Positions 16,674 through 25,460 of a stretch of 64,000 bases of DNA are shown one piece after another. The stretch is from a virus. Its lineage: Duplodnaviria > Caudoviricetes. The stretch covers positions 4,647 to 68,646 of the IMG/VR virus record IMGVR_UViG_3300025875_000012; one strand, 5' to 3'. The first letter of the stretch is position 1. Every line of letters starts with the position of its first letter. Below the pieces are notes generated by a model. The model had not been told where the DNA came from and did not search any database. It saw nothing but the letters and a program-made list of their open reading frames with translations. Both the position numbers and the translations under genes were made by a program.

Positions 16674-16975
16674 TAGCAGGACAGCGGGCCACGGACTCCG
16701 CCCGAATTCTGAAAACTCCATATAGAGCGCGAACGATATGCGCCGCAGGATTTCCCTGCCCGGATGCCAAATTGGCGAGCGGGGAATGCAAAAGGTCTCT
16801 AGGCCTGCGGTGCGATACGCCGAGGAAAACGCTGCCACCAGTGACCGGTGGCAGGCGGTAGACGCCCCGAACGGGGGAGAACTCGGCAGGAACCATAGCG
16901 ACGGGATTCGTCCCGGAAACGAGATCTGTGACAGCGATCTTCACTGGCTCCCGACCCCCTAAGGGGTCGGGGCCC
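16674..16975 (+). ncRNA. Candidate structured non-coding RNA / long structured leader
   Basis: Follows a consensus promoter; more A-rich than the flanks; no credible ORF; at least seven hairpins including a UUCG tetraloop stem; closes with a GC-rich hairpin. Confidence 0.5.
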
Positions 16976-17006
16976 GGTGTGGACCTCTACCACCAGGAGA
17001 CTCACC

Positions 17007-17174
17007 ATGCTCAAGCAGCTCCGCTCCGCCACCATCACCATCGCCACCGCCGTGGTCGACGAGGCCGCCCGGCGTACGTCGCTCATCGCGGTCCTCACCA
17101 CCCCCGCCGCGACCGTCCAGCGGGCCCAGGTCGCCGGTCTGGTCGCCGGTCTCGTGCTCCGGGTCCTCCGGTGA
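17007..17174 (+). CDS. Hypothetical protein (early)
   Basis: ATG with AGGAGA RBS; 55 aa. Confidence 0.65.
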   Translation: MLKQLRSATITIATAVVDEAARRTSLIAVLTTPAATVQRAQVAGLVAGLVLRVLR

Positions 17175-17383
17175 CCAGTCCGTTCACCTCGATGCCCAGC
17201 GCCGACACGGTGGCTTTCGAGGCCGGGTACTACGGCCTCGACCGTCTGGCCTTCCGCAACGGCTACCTCGCCGGTCTCGAAGGTGATCGCGAGTTCCTCA
17301 CGATCGTCTCGCCGGCCCTGGTCGCCGCCGCTACCGCCGGATACGACGCCGCGGTGCAACTGGTCGGAGCCTCGACTTCTTGA
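17171..17383 (+). CDS. Hypothetical protein (early)
   Basis: GTGA overlap; 70 aa. Confidence 0.55.
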   Translation: MTSPFTSMPSADTVAFEAGYYGLDRLAFRNGYLAGLEGDREFLTIVSPALVAAATAGYDAAVQLVGASTS

Positions 17384-17407
17384 CTCTGCCCTGAGATGCG
17401 CTAGAGT
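17380..17407 (+). promoter_or_regulatory. SigA-type promoter with TGCCCTGAGAT box in the spacer
   Basis: TTGACT-N16-TAGAGT; box at 17387-17397. Confidence 0.65.
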
Positions 17408-17440
17408 CGAATCATCGTAATCAACAGAAAGGCCAGCACC

Positions 17441-17995
17441 ATGGCGCTCACCAAGCCCGACCCGTCCAAGATCGACAAGCGCTCCGACCCCTACGGCTGG
17501 CAGCGCGACACCGCAACCGCTCAGGCCGGGCACTGGGACCGAGCGCACGCCACCCAGCCCGGCCTCTTCGAGGCCACCGTGTCCTCGCCCAGCGGGCCGC
17601 CCGTCACGACCACCGACCGCAACGAGTACCTGATGCTCGCCGCGACCTTCGTCCGAGCCGACACCGTCGTCGACTACCGCCTGGCCCGCAACGTCAGGAG
17701 GATCGAGACCTCGGGCGGTCCGAAGCCCTACACCCTGCCCTGGCGGCACTGGAAGGCCCAGAACAAGGCCACCCGGCGCGGCACGACGTGCACCAAGTTG
17801 AACGACGAGGAGCGCGCCTGGCTCGACGTCCAGGTCACCTGGACCTGCCGCGAGTACGTCGGCGAGCAGTACGAGATCGTCCGGCACACCGGCCGCGTCT
17901 GGTCCCTGCACCCCAAGCGGGGCATGGTCTGGGTCTGGACCGGCGACGCCTTCCGCGAGACCTACATCGAGATCCTGACCAAGACCGAGGAGTGA
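17441..17995 (+). CDS. Hypothetical protein
   Basis: 184 aa, AGAAAGG RBS, strong GC3 bias. Confidence 0.7.
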   Translation: MALTKPDPSKIDKRSDPYGWQRDTATAQAGHWDRAHATQPGLFEATVSSPSGPPVTTTDRNEYLMLAATFVRADTVVDYRLARNVRRIETSGGPKPYTLPWRHWKAQNKATRRGTTCTKLNDEERAWLDVQVTWTCREYVGEQYEIVRHTGRVWSLHPKRGMVWVWTGDAFRETYIEILTKTEE

Positions 17996-17997
17996 CC

Positions 17998-18330
17998 ATG
18001 CGAGTCCTACACCTGAGCGACGACGAGATCACCCTGCTGGCCGAGGCCGCCACCGCGGCCGTCAACGGGAGGGGCGAGCTGCGTGTCGCCATCGACAGCG
18101 ACGGCTTCAAGTTCAGCCTCAACCAGGGCATCTGGACGACCGGCAAGGGCATCGTCGACCCCGAGCTGCAGATCGAGATGACTTGCTCCGCGGGTCACCC
18201 GGTCTGGGTCAGCCACCGCACCTGGCACGACCGCTCGGCCGTGCCCTGCTCGAAGGACCACTGCTCCGAGCGCATCGACCTGGTGCACGCTCGCCGGCAC
18301 GCTGACGACCCCTGCACCGCCACCGTCTGA
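17998..18330 (+). CDS. Hypothetical protein with C-terminal Cys/His motifs
   Basis: ATG 17998 after GAGGAG; CSAGH...CSKDHC. Confidence 0.6.
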   Translation: MRVLHLSDDEITLLAEAATAAVNGRGELRVAIDSDGFKFSLNQGIWTTGKGIVDPELQIEMTCSAGHPVWVSHRTWHDRSAVPCSKDHCSERIDLVHARRHADDPCTATV

Positions 18331-18340
18331 CCCCCAAGGG

Positions 18341-18370
18341 TTGACAGCCTCCGGGCTGGTGCCCTAAGAT
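18341..18370 (+). promoter_or_regulatory. SigA-type promoter with TGCCCTAAGAT box
   Basis: TTGACA-N18-TAAGAT. Confidence 0.8.
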
Positions 18371-18418
18371 AGTGACTACAGCACGACGAACCGCACCACC
18401 TACCCCAAGGAGCACGAC

Positions 18419-19459
18419 ATGTCCACCGAGACCCGCACCTGGCTCAACCAGAACATCCTCGTCGGCGACGTCGCCGAGCGCGGCCGCGCCTGGCACTTCT
18501 CGGCCGCCCACCAGGGCGACGAGGGCAACCACTACCTCGACGCCATCCCCGTCGACGACGTCCTGCGCCGGCTCTTCTCCTGGTCTCCCGTCGAGACCCC
18601 GGTCACCGCGACCACGCTGACCGACGACGGCCGCATCGTGTCGGTCCCGACCGGGCGCAAGCTGATCACCCGCAGCGACGACGGCGGCTTTCTGGGCGAC
18701 GTCGGCGAGGACCACAAGATCCACCGCTACGCCGACTGGCTGGTCCATTCCTGGGGCAAGATCCTGGACAGCGACCAGGTCCACATCAGCAACGCCGGTC
18801 TGCTGCAGGGCGGCGCCAAGGCCTTCGTCCAGATCGCTCGGCCCGACTTCATCCAGGCCGCCGGCCTGGAGTTCCGGTCCTCGCTGCTGGCCGTGACCGT
18901 GCTCGACGGCAGCATGTCCAGCACCTTCAAGGCGGTCAACACCATCACTGTCTGCGACAACACCCTGGCCGGGGCGCTGCGCGAGAAGGGCTTCACCCAC
19001 AAGACCCGGCACACCTCCCGGTCCTCGCTCAACGTGCTCGGCATCCGTGAGGCCCTGGGCATCCTGCACACCCAGGACGACACCTTCACGTCCGAGATCG
19101 AGCGGCTCTTCGCCGAGGACGTCAGCAACGAGCGCTTCGGCCGGTGGGCCGACCTCGCGGTCGACCTGACCCCCGAGAAGATCGAGAAGGGCGGCCGCGG
19201 GCTGACCATCGCCCAGAGCACCAAGGGCGAGCTCCTCAACCTCTGGAACGAGGACGACCGGGTGGCCCCCTGGAAGGGGACCGCGCTGGGTGTCCTCCAG
19301 GCCGACAACACCTGGCGCCACCACTTCCAGGGCGGCCTGCCCAAGGGCAGCGACGCCGAGAAGGCCGCGGCCCGCGCCGAGCGCAACTTCGAGCGGGCCA
19401 CGACCGGTGAGGGCGCCGCGGCCGACCGCCGGGCCCTGGCCCTGCTGGCCACCGTCTGA
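18419..19459 (+). CDS. DUF932-family phage/plasmid protein
   Basis: N-terminal WLNQNILVG...AWH, DGSMSSTFKAVNTITVCDNTL, KTRHT motifs. Confidence 0.8.
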   Translation: MSTETRTWLNQNILVGDVAERGRAWHFSAAHQGDEGNHYLDAIPVDDVLRRLFSWSPVETPVTATTLTDDGRIVSVPTGRKLITRSDDGGFLGDVGEDHKIHRYADWLVHSWGKILDSDQVHISNAGLLQGGAKAFVQIARPDFIQAAGLEFRSSLLAVTVLDGSMSSTFKAVNTITVCDNTLAGALREKGFTHKTRHTSRSSLNVLGIREALGILHTQDDTFTSEIERLFAEDVSNERFGRWADLAVDLTPEKIEKGGRGLTIAQSTKGELLNLWNEDDRVAPWKGTALGVLQADNTWRHHFQGGLPKGSDAEKAAARAERNFERATTGEGAAADRRALALLATV

Positions 19460-19463
19460 CCGC

Positions 19464-19493
19464 CCGGGCCGGCCCCGTGAGGGGCCGGCCCGG
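19464..19493 (+). terminator. Hairpin terminator
   Basis: Perfect 13-bp stem ccgggccggcccc-GTGA-ggggccggcccgg. Confidence 0.65.
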
Positions 19494-19526
19494 CACCTAC
19501 CCGCACACCCCTACCCCGGGAGCATC

Positions 19527-19979
19527 GTGAGCACGTACACCACCCTCAGCATCACCCGTGTCGACGGCGGCAAGATCGACCTGATCGAGTCCGGCATCAT
19601 CTGCGCCGTCGTCGGTCAGCACATCAACCTCGACTCTTTGCACGACGGCCTCGGCTGGGACCACGACCAGGCCGTCGGCGCCCACACCGTCGGGCAGGCC
19701 GGCTGGAACACCTACTCGGTGGTCGGCTACAGCACCGCTCCCGAGGACACGTCCAAGCACCTCGGGCCCGACTACCGGCTGACCACGGACGAGGAGTACG
19801 ACGACGAGGGTCCGGGCGGGGAGTCCAACACCTACGTCAACGGCGAGCGCGACGTCGTGACCAGCACGACGCTCCGCCCCGTCTCCATCGCCCTCTCGGG
19901 CATCGACCTCGCCGACCCCGACACCGTGTCGCGGATCCGCGCCGCCCTCATCCAGGAGCCCACCCATGCCCATGCCTGA
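19527..19979 (+). CDS. Hypothetical protein
   Basis: GTG start after GGGAG; GC3-rich. Confidence 0.6.
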   Translation: MSTYTTLSITRVDGGKIDLIESGIICAVVGQHINLDSLHDGLGWDHDQAVGAHTVGQAGWNTYSVVGYSTAPEDTSKHLGPDYRLTTDEEYDDEGPGGESNTYVNGERDVVTSTTLRPVSIALSGIDLADPDTVSRIRAALIQEPTHAHA

Positions 19980-20364
19980 CCTGTCCCAGCCCGACCGCTT
20001 CGCCGTCCACTTCGGGGTCGTGCCGTTGATCGACGACCCCGACCCCGCGAGCATCGCCGGCCACGACGACCCGGCCGCGCTCTTCCAGGTGACCCCCAGG
20101 ATCGCCGTTGTGGGCTCCTGGAAGTGCTGGGGGCTCGACGACCAGGACACCGACGGGGACGACACCTTGCACGTCCTCCTGGCGCCCGTGCACGACGTGC
20201 CCCTGGTCCAGCAGATCACCGCGGCGCGGGCGCTCCTGGCCGAGCGCGTCGACGTCGGCAGCCGGCTGCTCGACTACGCCCTGATCACCACCACCACCTG
20301 GTCCGAGCGAGTCGCCGTCCAGGTGCTCGACGACCGCCTCTACTTCGACCCCGAGGAGTCCTGA
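19966..20364 (+). CDS. Hypothetical protein
   Basis: AGGAG RBS; 132 aa. Confidence 0.65.
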   Translation: MPMPDLSQPDRFAVHFGVVPLIDDPDPASIAGHDDPAALFQVTPRIAVVGSWKCWGLDDQDTDGDDTLHVLLAPVHDVPLVQQITAARALLAERVDVGSRLLDYALITTTTWSERVAVQVLDDRLYFDPEES

Positions 20365-20365
20365 C

Positions 20366-20959
20366 ATGCACGACAACCTGCTCAAGGCCATCAACTTCGC
20401 CATGGGGACCCGGACGGGGTCCCTGCGCAACCTGCGCGTCGAGGACGCCGGCTACGCCCTGCTCAAGGTCGACGTGGTCAAGACCGACACCTTGGTCGGC
20501 GAGGTCTGGGTCGGCGGCGACGAGGAGGGCTACATCTCCACCTACACCGTGGCCGGGCTCGAGGGAGACTGCGAGCCGCTGGAGACCGCCGACCCCAGCA
20601 GCCCGCTGCCCGAGCTGGTGCACCAGGTGCGCGACATGGTCGACCGGCTGCTCGCCAGCACTGAGCACCGGCTGACCCTGACCAGCGTGCGCTGGGGCCG
20701 CAACGGCGAGGACACGACCTACGGCTTCACCATCCCCGGCCGGGAGGGCGAGTACACCTGCTGCGCCGGCGGCGAGATCTTCGACCACCAGGGGATGCCC
20801 ACCACGCCCACCTACAGCGACGGCGCCAGCGCCATGGCCGACCTGCTCGACCTGACCGGCCGGACGTGGGAGGAGCTGCAGCGTCTGCACGAAGTCGTCG
20901 GCATCGAGCAGTTGCTCGACCGCCTGGCCGAGACCGTCGTCGAGAACGTCAACGGCTAG
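20366..20959 (+). CDS. Hypothetical protein
   Basis: GAGGAG RBS; 197 aa. Confidence 0.65.
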   Translation: MHDNLLKAINFAMGTRTGSLRNLRVEDAGYALLKVDVVKTDTLVGEVWVGGDEEGYISTYTVAGLEGDCEPLETADPSSPLPELVHQVRDMVDRLLASTEHRLTLTSVRWGRNGEDTTYGFTIPGREGEYTCCAGGEIFDHQGMPTTPTYSDGASAMADLLDLTGRTWEELQRLHEVVGIEQLLDRLAETVVENVNG

Positions 20960-20977
20960 GCACATCTGCCCAGCACG

Positions 20978-21006
20978 TTGACACTTCTGACCATCTGCCC
21001 TAAGAT
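20978..21006 (+). promoter_or_regulatory. SigA-type promoter with TGCCCTAAGAT box (probably leaderless mRNA)
   Basis: TTGACA-N17-TAAGAT; the ATG at 21013 begins 7 nt after the -10 box. Confidence 0.8.
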
Positions 21007-21012
21007 CGAAAC

Positions 21013-21204
21013 ATGACGACGACGGCGTGCGACCTGGAGCGGTGCGAGCGGTGCGGGCAGGAGACGGTGGCGGGCAACGACGCCGCCGGCCTCTGCTCGA
21101 CCTGCTCGGGCCCGACCACCCTCGACGCGCTGCTCCGCCGCATGGCGGCCGGCGTCACCCGCGACCCGCGCTCGGGCCGCTTCGCCTCTACCCGGAAGGC
21201 CTGA
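21013..21204 (+). CDS. Small zinc-ribbon protein
   Basis: CERC...CSTC; 63 aa. Confidence 0.65.
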   Translation: MTTTACDLERCERCGQETVAGNDAAGLCSTCSGPTTLDALLRRMAAGVTRDPRSGRFASTRKA

Positions 21205-21207
21205 GCC

Positions 21208-21552
21208 ATGAAGAACCTCTTCAGCAAGATCGGCGTGGGCCGCGCCCAGCCGACGCCCCCTCCCCGCCCGGGGTACGACAAGCACCTGCTCCGCTCGCTG
21301 GTCCTGAGCCCCTGGGGCAAGGACAAGATGCGCTTCGGCTACGTCGCCAAATGGAACGGGCTCTACTGGTTCAACGCCGTTGGCATCGCCGGTCCCGAGT
21401 GGAACGACGGGCGCTGGCTCGGGGGCATGTCCTGGCACAAGCACGGGCCCTTCGTCGTCTGCCGCCATCGTCGTCGGGGCTCTTGGCGCAGCGACCGCGC
21501 CTTCAAGCGCGCGATGGCTCGCGCCGACGTCTACGACGCCGAGAAGGCCTGA
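21208..21552 (+). CDS. Hypothetical protein
   Basis: 114 aa, Trp/basic-rich. Confidence 0.6.
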   Translation: MKNLFSKIGVGRAQPTPPPRPGYDKHLLRSLVLSPWGKDKMRFGYVAKWNGLYWFNAVGIAGPEWNDGRWLGGMSWHKHGPFVVCRHRRRGSWRSDRAFKRAMARADVYDAEKA

Positions 21553-21553
21553 C

Positions 21554-21766
21554 GTGGCGCTCACCGAGGCCCAGACGCGCGTCTGGGCGGCCCTGGGGGC
21601 TGCCGGGCAGCCCCTGACCACCGAGGAGGTCCGCGAAGCTGCCCGGCTATCCCCGGGCGCCACGGTGGGCGCCCTCAACCACCTCCGCCGCCAGGGCGTG
21701 CGCTACGCCGCCGGCGGCCGGCTCGGCACCCTCTGGTGGCTCCCCACCACGACCCCGAAGGACTGA
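21554..21766 (+). CDS. Winged helix-turn-helix DNA-binding protein
   Basis: LTEAQTRVWAAL...PLTTEEVREAARLSPGATVGALNHLRRQG. Confidence 0.65.
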   Translation: MALTEAQTRVWAALGAAGQPLTTEEVREAARLSPGATVGALNHLRRQGVRYAAGGRLGTLWWLPTTTPKD

Positions 21767-21768
21767 CC

Positions 21769-22005
21769 ATGCTCACCACCACCCCCGATTGGCGCCGGAC
21801 GGCTCTGCCTCGCGCACTGCAGCTGCGCCAGGTGCACGGCGACGCCCCGGGGTCGACTGAGATCACCCGGTGGACTGTCCGGCGTCTCGGTATCGCTCTG
21901 GAAACCGTGCTCGTGCCGCACGACGACGACCTGGACGGCTGGAGCCAGAGCAGTCGCCAACTGGTCGACGCCGCGGCTGCAGCGAGGGCCATTGTTGACG
22001 CCTGA
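21769..22005 (+). CDS. Hypothetical protein
   Basis: ATG after GAAGGA; 78 aa. Confidence 0.55.
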   Translation: MLTTTPDWRRTALPRALQLRQVHGDAPGSTEITRWTVRRLGIALETVLVPHDDDLDGWSQSSRQLVDAAAAARAIVDA

Positions 22006-22023
22006 CCAGCGATGCCCTAAGAT
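21995..22023 (+). promoter_or_regulatory. SigA-type promoter with TGCCCTAAGAT box
   Basis: TTGACG-N17-TAAGAT; shares gccctaagatagtgactac with the 18361 promoter. Confidence 0.8.
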
Positions 22024-22054
22024 AGTGACTACCACCTACCGAGGAGCGCACGAG

Positions 22055-22420
22055 ATGAGCCACACCACCACCACCGACCTCCGGCCCGGCACCAAGATCG
22101 CCTACTGCGGGATCGTCCGCGAGGTCGACGGCATCCGCCCCGACGCCTCCTGGAACTTCGGTCCCGGCAAGCAGCCGTGGGTCGTCGTCATCCGTCCCGT
22201 GCCCGGCGGCGGCCGCTGGGACCAGCGCCCGGCTGCCGGCGACGCCATCTGGGAGGTCCTCGAGCCCGAGGCCATCCCCGGTGAGCTGGTGGCCTTCCGC
22301 ACCCCCACCACGCCGGCGGAGCCCGTCGTGTGGGGCCGCAGCTACGCCGCCGAGGACTGGGACCACGCCGCCGACGAGCGGGCCGACTACGAGTTCATGC
22401 AGAGGATCGGGGAGCGATGA
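22055..22420 (+). CDS. Hypothetical protein
   Basis: GAGGAG RBS; 121 aa. Confidence 0.65.
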   Translation: MSHTTTTDLRPGTKIAYCGIVREVDGIRPDASWNFGPGKQPWVVVIRPVPGGGRWDQRPAAGDAIWEVLEPEAIPGELVAFRTPTTPAEPVVWGRSYAAEDWDHAADERADYEFMQRIGER

Positions 22421-22707
22421 GCGAGCGCAAGGCCCGCGGGCCGGTCGGGGACGGCACCGAGCCCTGGCACGGCACCGAGGGCGGCTACACCAACCACCGG
22501 TGCGGCTGCCCGCGGTGCCGCGGGGTCTACAACGAGGCCCAGGCCGAGCGAGCCGCCGCGGCCGGCGACCGGCCCATCCCCGAGCACGTCGACCCCGACT
22601 CCTACCACGCCTACCGCTACTACGGATCGAAGACCCCCGGCGCCCTGGCGGCCAACGCCGCCCGCCGCGCCGCCCAGAAGGCCAGACAGAGAGCGAGCAC
22701 GACATGA
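22417..22707 (+). CDS. Small Zn-binding protein (HGT-x-GY-x-CxCxxC motif)
   Basis: WHGTEGGYTNHRCGCPRC; ATGA overlap. Confidence 0.65.
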   Translation: MSERKARGPVGDGTEPWHGTEGGYTNHRCGCPRCRGVYNEAQAERAAAAGDRPIPEHVDPDSYHAYRYYGSKTPGALAANAARRAAQKARQRASTT

Positions 22708-23618
22708 CCAAGCAGCGATTCATCACCTGGGCACCGCGCGGCGACGCGCTCGCCGTGGTGGCCAAGGCCATCGAGATCTGCGCGGAGTACGGCAACCAGG
22801 GCTACGACCTGACCCTGCGCCAGCTCTACTACCAGTTCGTGGCCCGCGACCTGATCCCCAACAACCAGAAGTCCTACAAGCGCCTCGGCTCCATCGTCGA
22901 CCAGGCCCGGCTCGCCGGGCTGATGGACTGGTCCTACATCGTCGACCGGACCCGCAACTGCTACCGGACCGACGGCAACGACACCAGTCCGGCCGAGGCC
23001 ATCGAGACCATGGCCCAGGGCTACGGTCGCCGGCTGTGGGAGAACCAGGACTGGCACGTCGAGGTCTGGGTCGAGAAGGAGGCCCTCGCCGGCGTCGTCC
23101 AGCGGGCCGCCCAGCAGGTCCAGGTGCACTACTTCTCCTGCCGCGGCTACGTCAGCCAGTCGGAGATGTACGCGGCCGGGATGCGCTTCCGCCGGCACGG
23201 CGCAGAGGGCAAGCGCAACCTGCTGATCCACCTCGGCGACCACGACCCCTCGGGGATCGACATGACCCGGGACATCATCGACCGGCTGACCATGTTCGCC
23301 GGCCGGCGGGCCCCCGAGGTCCGCCGCATCGCGCTGAACATGGACCAGGTCGAGGAGTACGGACCGCCGCCCAACTTCGCCAAGGTCACGGACTCCCGCT
23401 TCGAGGCCTACCAGCGCGAGTTCGGCGACGACTCCTGGGAGCTCGACGCGCTCGAGCCCACGGTCCTCAACGACCTGATCGTCAACGAAGTCCTGACCGT
23501 GCGCGACGAGGACCTCTGGGCCGAGGCCCTCGCCCAGGAGGAGGAGGAGCGCGACCAGCTGGTCGGGGTCTCCCAGAACTGGGACGAGATCGTCAGCCGG
23601 GGGCTGAACCGTGAGTGA
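22704..23618 (+). CDS. Topo VI-A/Spo11/JetD-like winged-helix + TOPRIM protein
   Basis: TLRQLYYQ helix domain; EVWVEKEAL, RGYVS, GDHDPSG, WELDAL TOPRIM motifs. Confidence 0.75.
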   Translation: MTKQRFITWAPRGDALAVVAKAIEICAEYGNQGYDLTLRQLYYQFVARDLIPNNQKSYKRLGSIVDQARLAGLMDWSYIVDRTRNCYRTDGNDTSPAEAIETMAQGYGRRLWENQDWHVEVWVEKEALAGVVQRAAQQVQVHYFSCRGYVSQSEMYAAGMRFRRHGAEGKRNLLIHLGDHDPSGIDMTRDIIDRLTMFAGRRAPEVRRIALNMDQVEEYGPPPNFAKVTDSRFEAYQREFGDDSWELDALEPTVLNDLIVNEVLTVRDEDLWAEALAQEEEERDQLVGVSQNWDEIVSRGLNRE

Positions 23619-23705
23619 GCGGGCGCGCTACATCGTCCGGCTGGTCAGCGTCGGGCTGGCCGCCGGCCTGGAGGCTGTGGCCCGCGAGCTGCAGCACCGC
23701 GACCC

Positions 23706-25460
23706 GTGAGGGCGAGGATCGAGGGGGAGGGCATCGCCACCGACGCCGGTGATGCCCTGCCCCTGACCCTGGAGACCTGCCTGGCGCTCCGGGAACGCTA
23801 CGGGGACCAGCTGGTCGTCGACGCCGGTCTGAGCGCCTGGGCGCTGGCCGAGCGCCGGCGCCGCCGGCAGAGCCCCGTGGCGGCTCTGGCGCCCGCCCTG
23901 GCGGCCGCCATGGCCAACCGGCCCTACCAGATCACCGGGGCCCGGATCATCGCCGAGCGCGGGAACGTCGCCGTACTCGACGAGGGCGGCCTGGGCAAGA
24001 CCGCCCAGGCCTTCGCCGGGCTGATGGAGTCGGGCAACTGGCGCGGCCGGCACCTGGTGGTCTGCCCGAAGACCGCCATCACCTCCACCTGGGCCGAGGA
24101 GATCCGGCGCTGGACCGACGGCCAGGTCTTCACCGCGGTGGCGCCGGCGGCCCGCAAGCTGGCGGCCATCGAGGACTTCCTGGCGGCCGAGACCGGGGCC
24201 CGCTTCCTGATCACCAACCCCGAGACCCTGCGCACGACCATGCGGCGCTTCTGCCCGAAGTGCGACCGCTGGGTCGACGCCGCGCCGAAGGTGATCCCCG
24301 AGCAGCACGTCGGCCAGGACCACAAGACGCCCTGGAAAATCTACCGACAGGAGTGCCCGCAGCTCTTTGGGGTCGAGTTCGACTCGATCATCTGCGACGA
24401 GGCCGACCGCTACATGCTCGGGCTCCGCCCCCAGACCGGGAAGATGACGCTCTGGGGAGAGGGGCTGGTGCGGCTGCAGGGCCGGCAGAAGATCGCCATG
24501 ACCGGCACCCCGTTCCGGGGCAAGGAGTCCAACGTCTTCGGCATCCTGCACTGGCTCGACCCGGTCCGGTTCTCCAGCTTCTGGAAGTTCATCAACGCCT
24601 ACTTCGTCCAGGAGGACAACGGCTTCGGGGTGGAGATCGGCGGGATCCTGCCCGAGCGCGCGGACGACTTCGCCGAGCTGCTGGACCGCTACTCGATCCG
24701 CCGGACCCGGGCCGAGGTCCGCGACGACCTGCCCGAGAACCTCAGCATCACCCACTGGGTGGAGATGCCGCCCGAGCACCGCAAGCAGTACACGGCCATG
24801 GAGGAGGACGGCTACATCCGGCTCGGGGCCGACGTGCTGCAGGGCCTGGGCGTGCTCTCCGAGCTCACCCGGCTCAAGCAGATGGCTTTCGGCTCGATGG
24901 ACTACCGGGCCTCGCACATCGAGCCCAAGGTCAGCCCGAAGTACGACCTGCTGGTGGACATGCTGGCGGCCCGCGGGGTGACCACGACCGGGCCCACGTT
25001 CGGGGTGATGAAGTACATCGTGGCCAGCCAGTTCACCGAGCAGCTGGACTGGATCGAGAGCCGGCTGAACGCCTCCCGGATCGAGACCCTCAAGATCACC
25101 GGGGCGGTGACCGGTCGCGCGCGCGACGCTGCGGTGGCGGCGTTCTCCGCCCCGGGCGGGGCCCGGGTGCTGCTGCTCAACACCGCGGTGGCCAGCTCGA
25201 TCACCCTCGACGCCTGGTGCGACGAGATGTTCATCCTGGACGAGACCTTCGTCGAGGACGACCAGGTGCAGCTGCGCTGGCGCATCGACAACCGCGGGGC
25301 CCGGATCGCTGTCAGGGTGTTCCACTACCTTCGCACCCGCGGCACCATCGACGAGCGCATCGCCGAGGACAACCTGTCCCAGGCCGCCATGCAGGACCAG
25401 CTCCTCGACGGCCGCCGCGGCCTCGAGGTCGCGCGACGACTACTCGGGAGGACCGGATGA
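23706..25460 (+). CDS. SNF2-like (SF2) helicase
   Basis: DEGGLGKT (Walker A), VVCPK, CDEAD, MTGTP, LTRLKQMA; divergent motifs V/VI. Confidence 0.8.
   Translation: MRARIEGEGIATDAGDALPLTLETCLALRERYGDQLVVDAGLSAWALAERRRRRQSPVAALAPALAAAMANRPYQITGARIIAERGNVAVLDEGGLGKTAQAFAGLMESGNWRGRHLVVCPKTAITSTWAEEIRRWTDGQVFTAVAPAARKLAAIEDFLAAETGARFLITNPETLRTTMRRFCPKCDRWVDAAPKVIPEQHVGQDHKTPWKIYRQECPQLFGVEFDSIICDEADRYMLGLRPQTGKMTLWGEGLVRLQGRQKIAMTGTPFRGKESNVFGILHWLDPVRFSSFWKFINAYFVQEDNGFGVEIGGILPERADDFAELLDRYSIRRTRAEVRDDLPENLSITHWVEMPPEHRKQYTAMEEDGYIRLGADVLQGLGVLSELTRLKQMAFGSMDYRASHIEPKVSPKYDLLVDMLAARGVTTTGPTFGVMKYIVASQFTEQLDWIESRLNASRIETLKITGAVTGRARDAAVAAFSAPGGARVLLLNTAVASSITLDAWCDEMFILDETFVEDDQVQLRWRIDNRGARIAVRVFHYLRTRGTIDERIAEDNLSQAAMQDQLLDGRRGLEVARRLLGRTG

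Noticed and set aside
16370-16975. tRNA/tmRNA/RNase P
   Set aside because: No cloverleaf, no GGTTCGAATCC T-arm, no CCA end and no RNase P signature
18361-18380. ctaagatagtgactaca resembling group I intron R/S elements
   Set aside because: Fully explained as a promoter -10 plus shared downstream sequence (also at 22017); no interrupted gene
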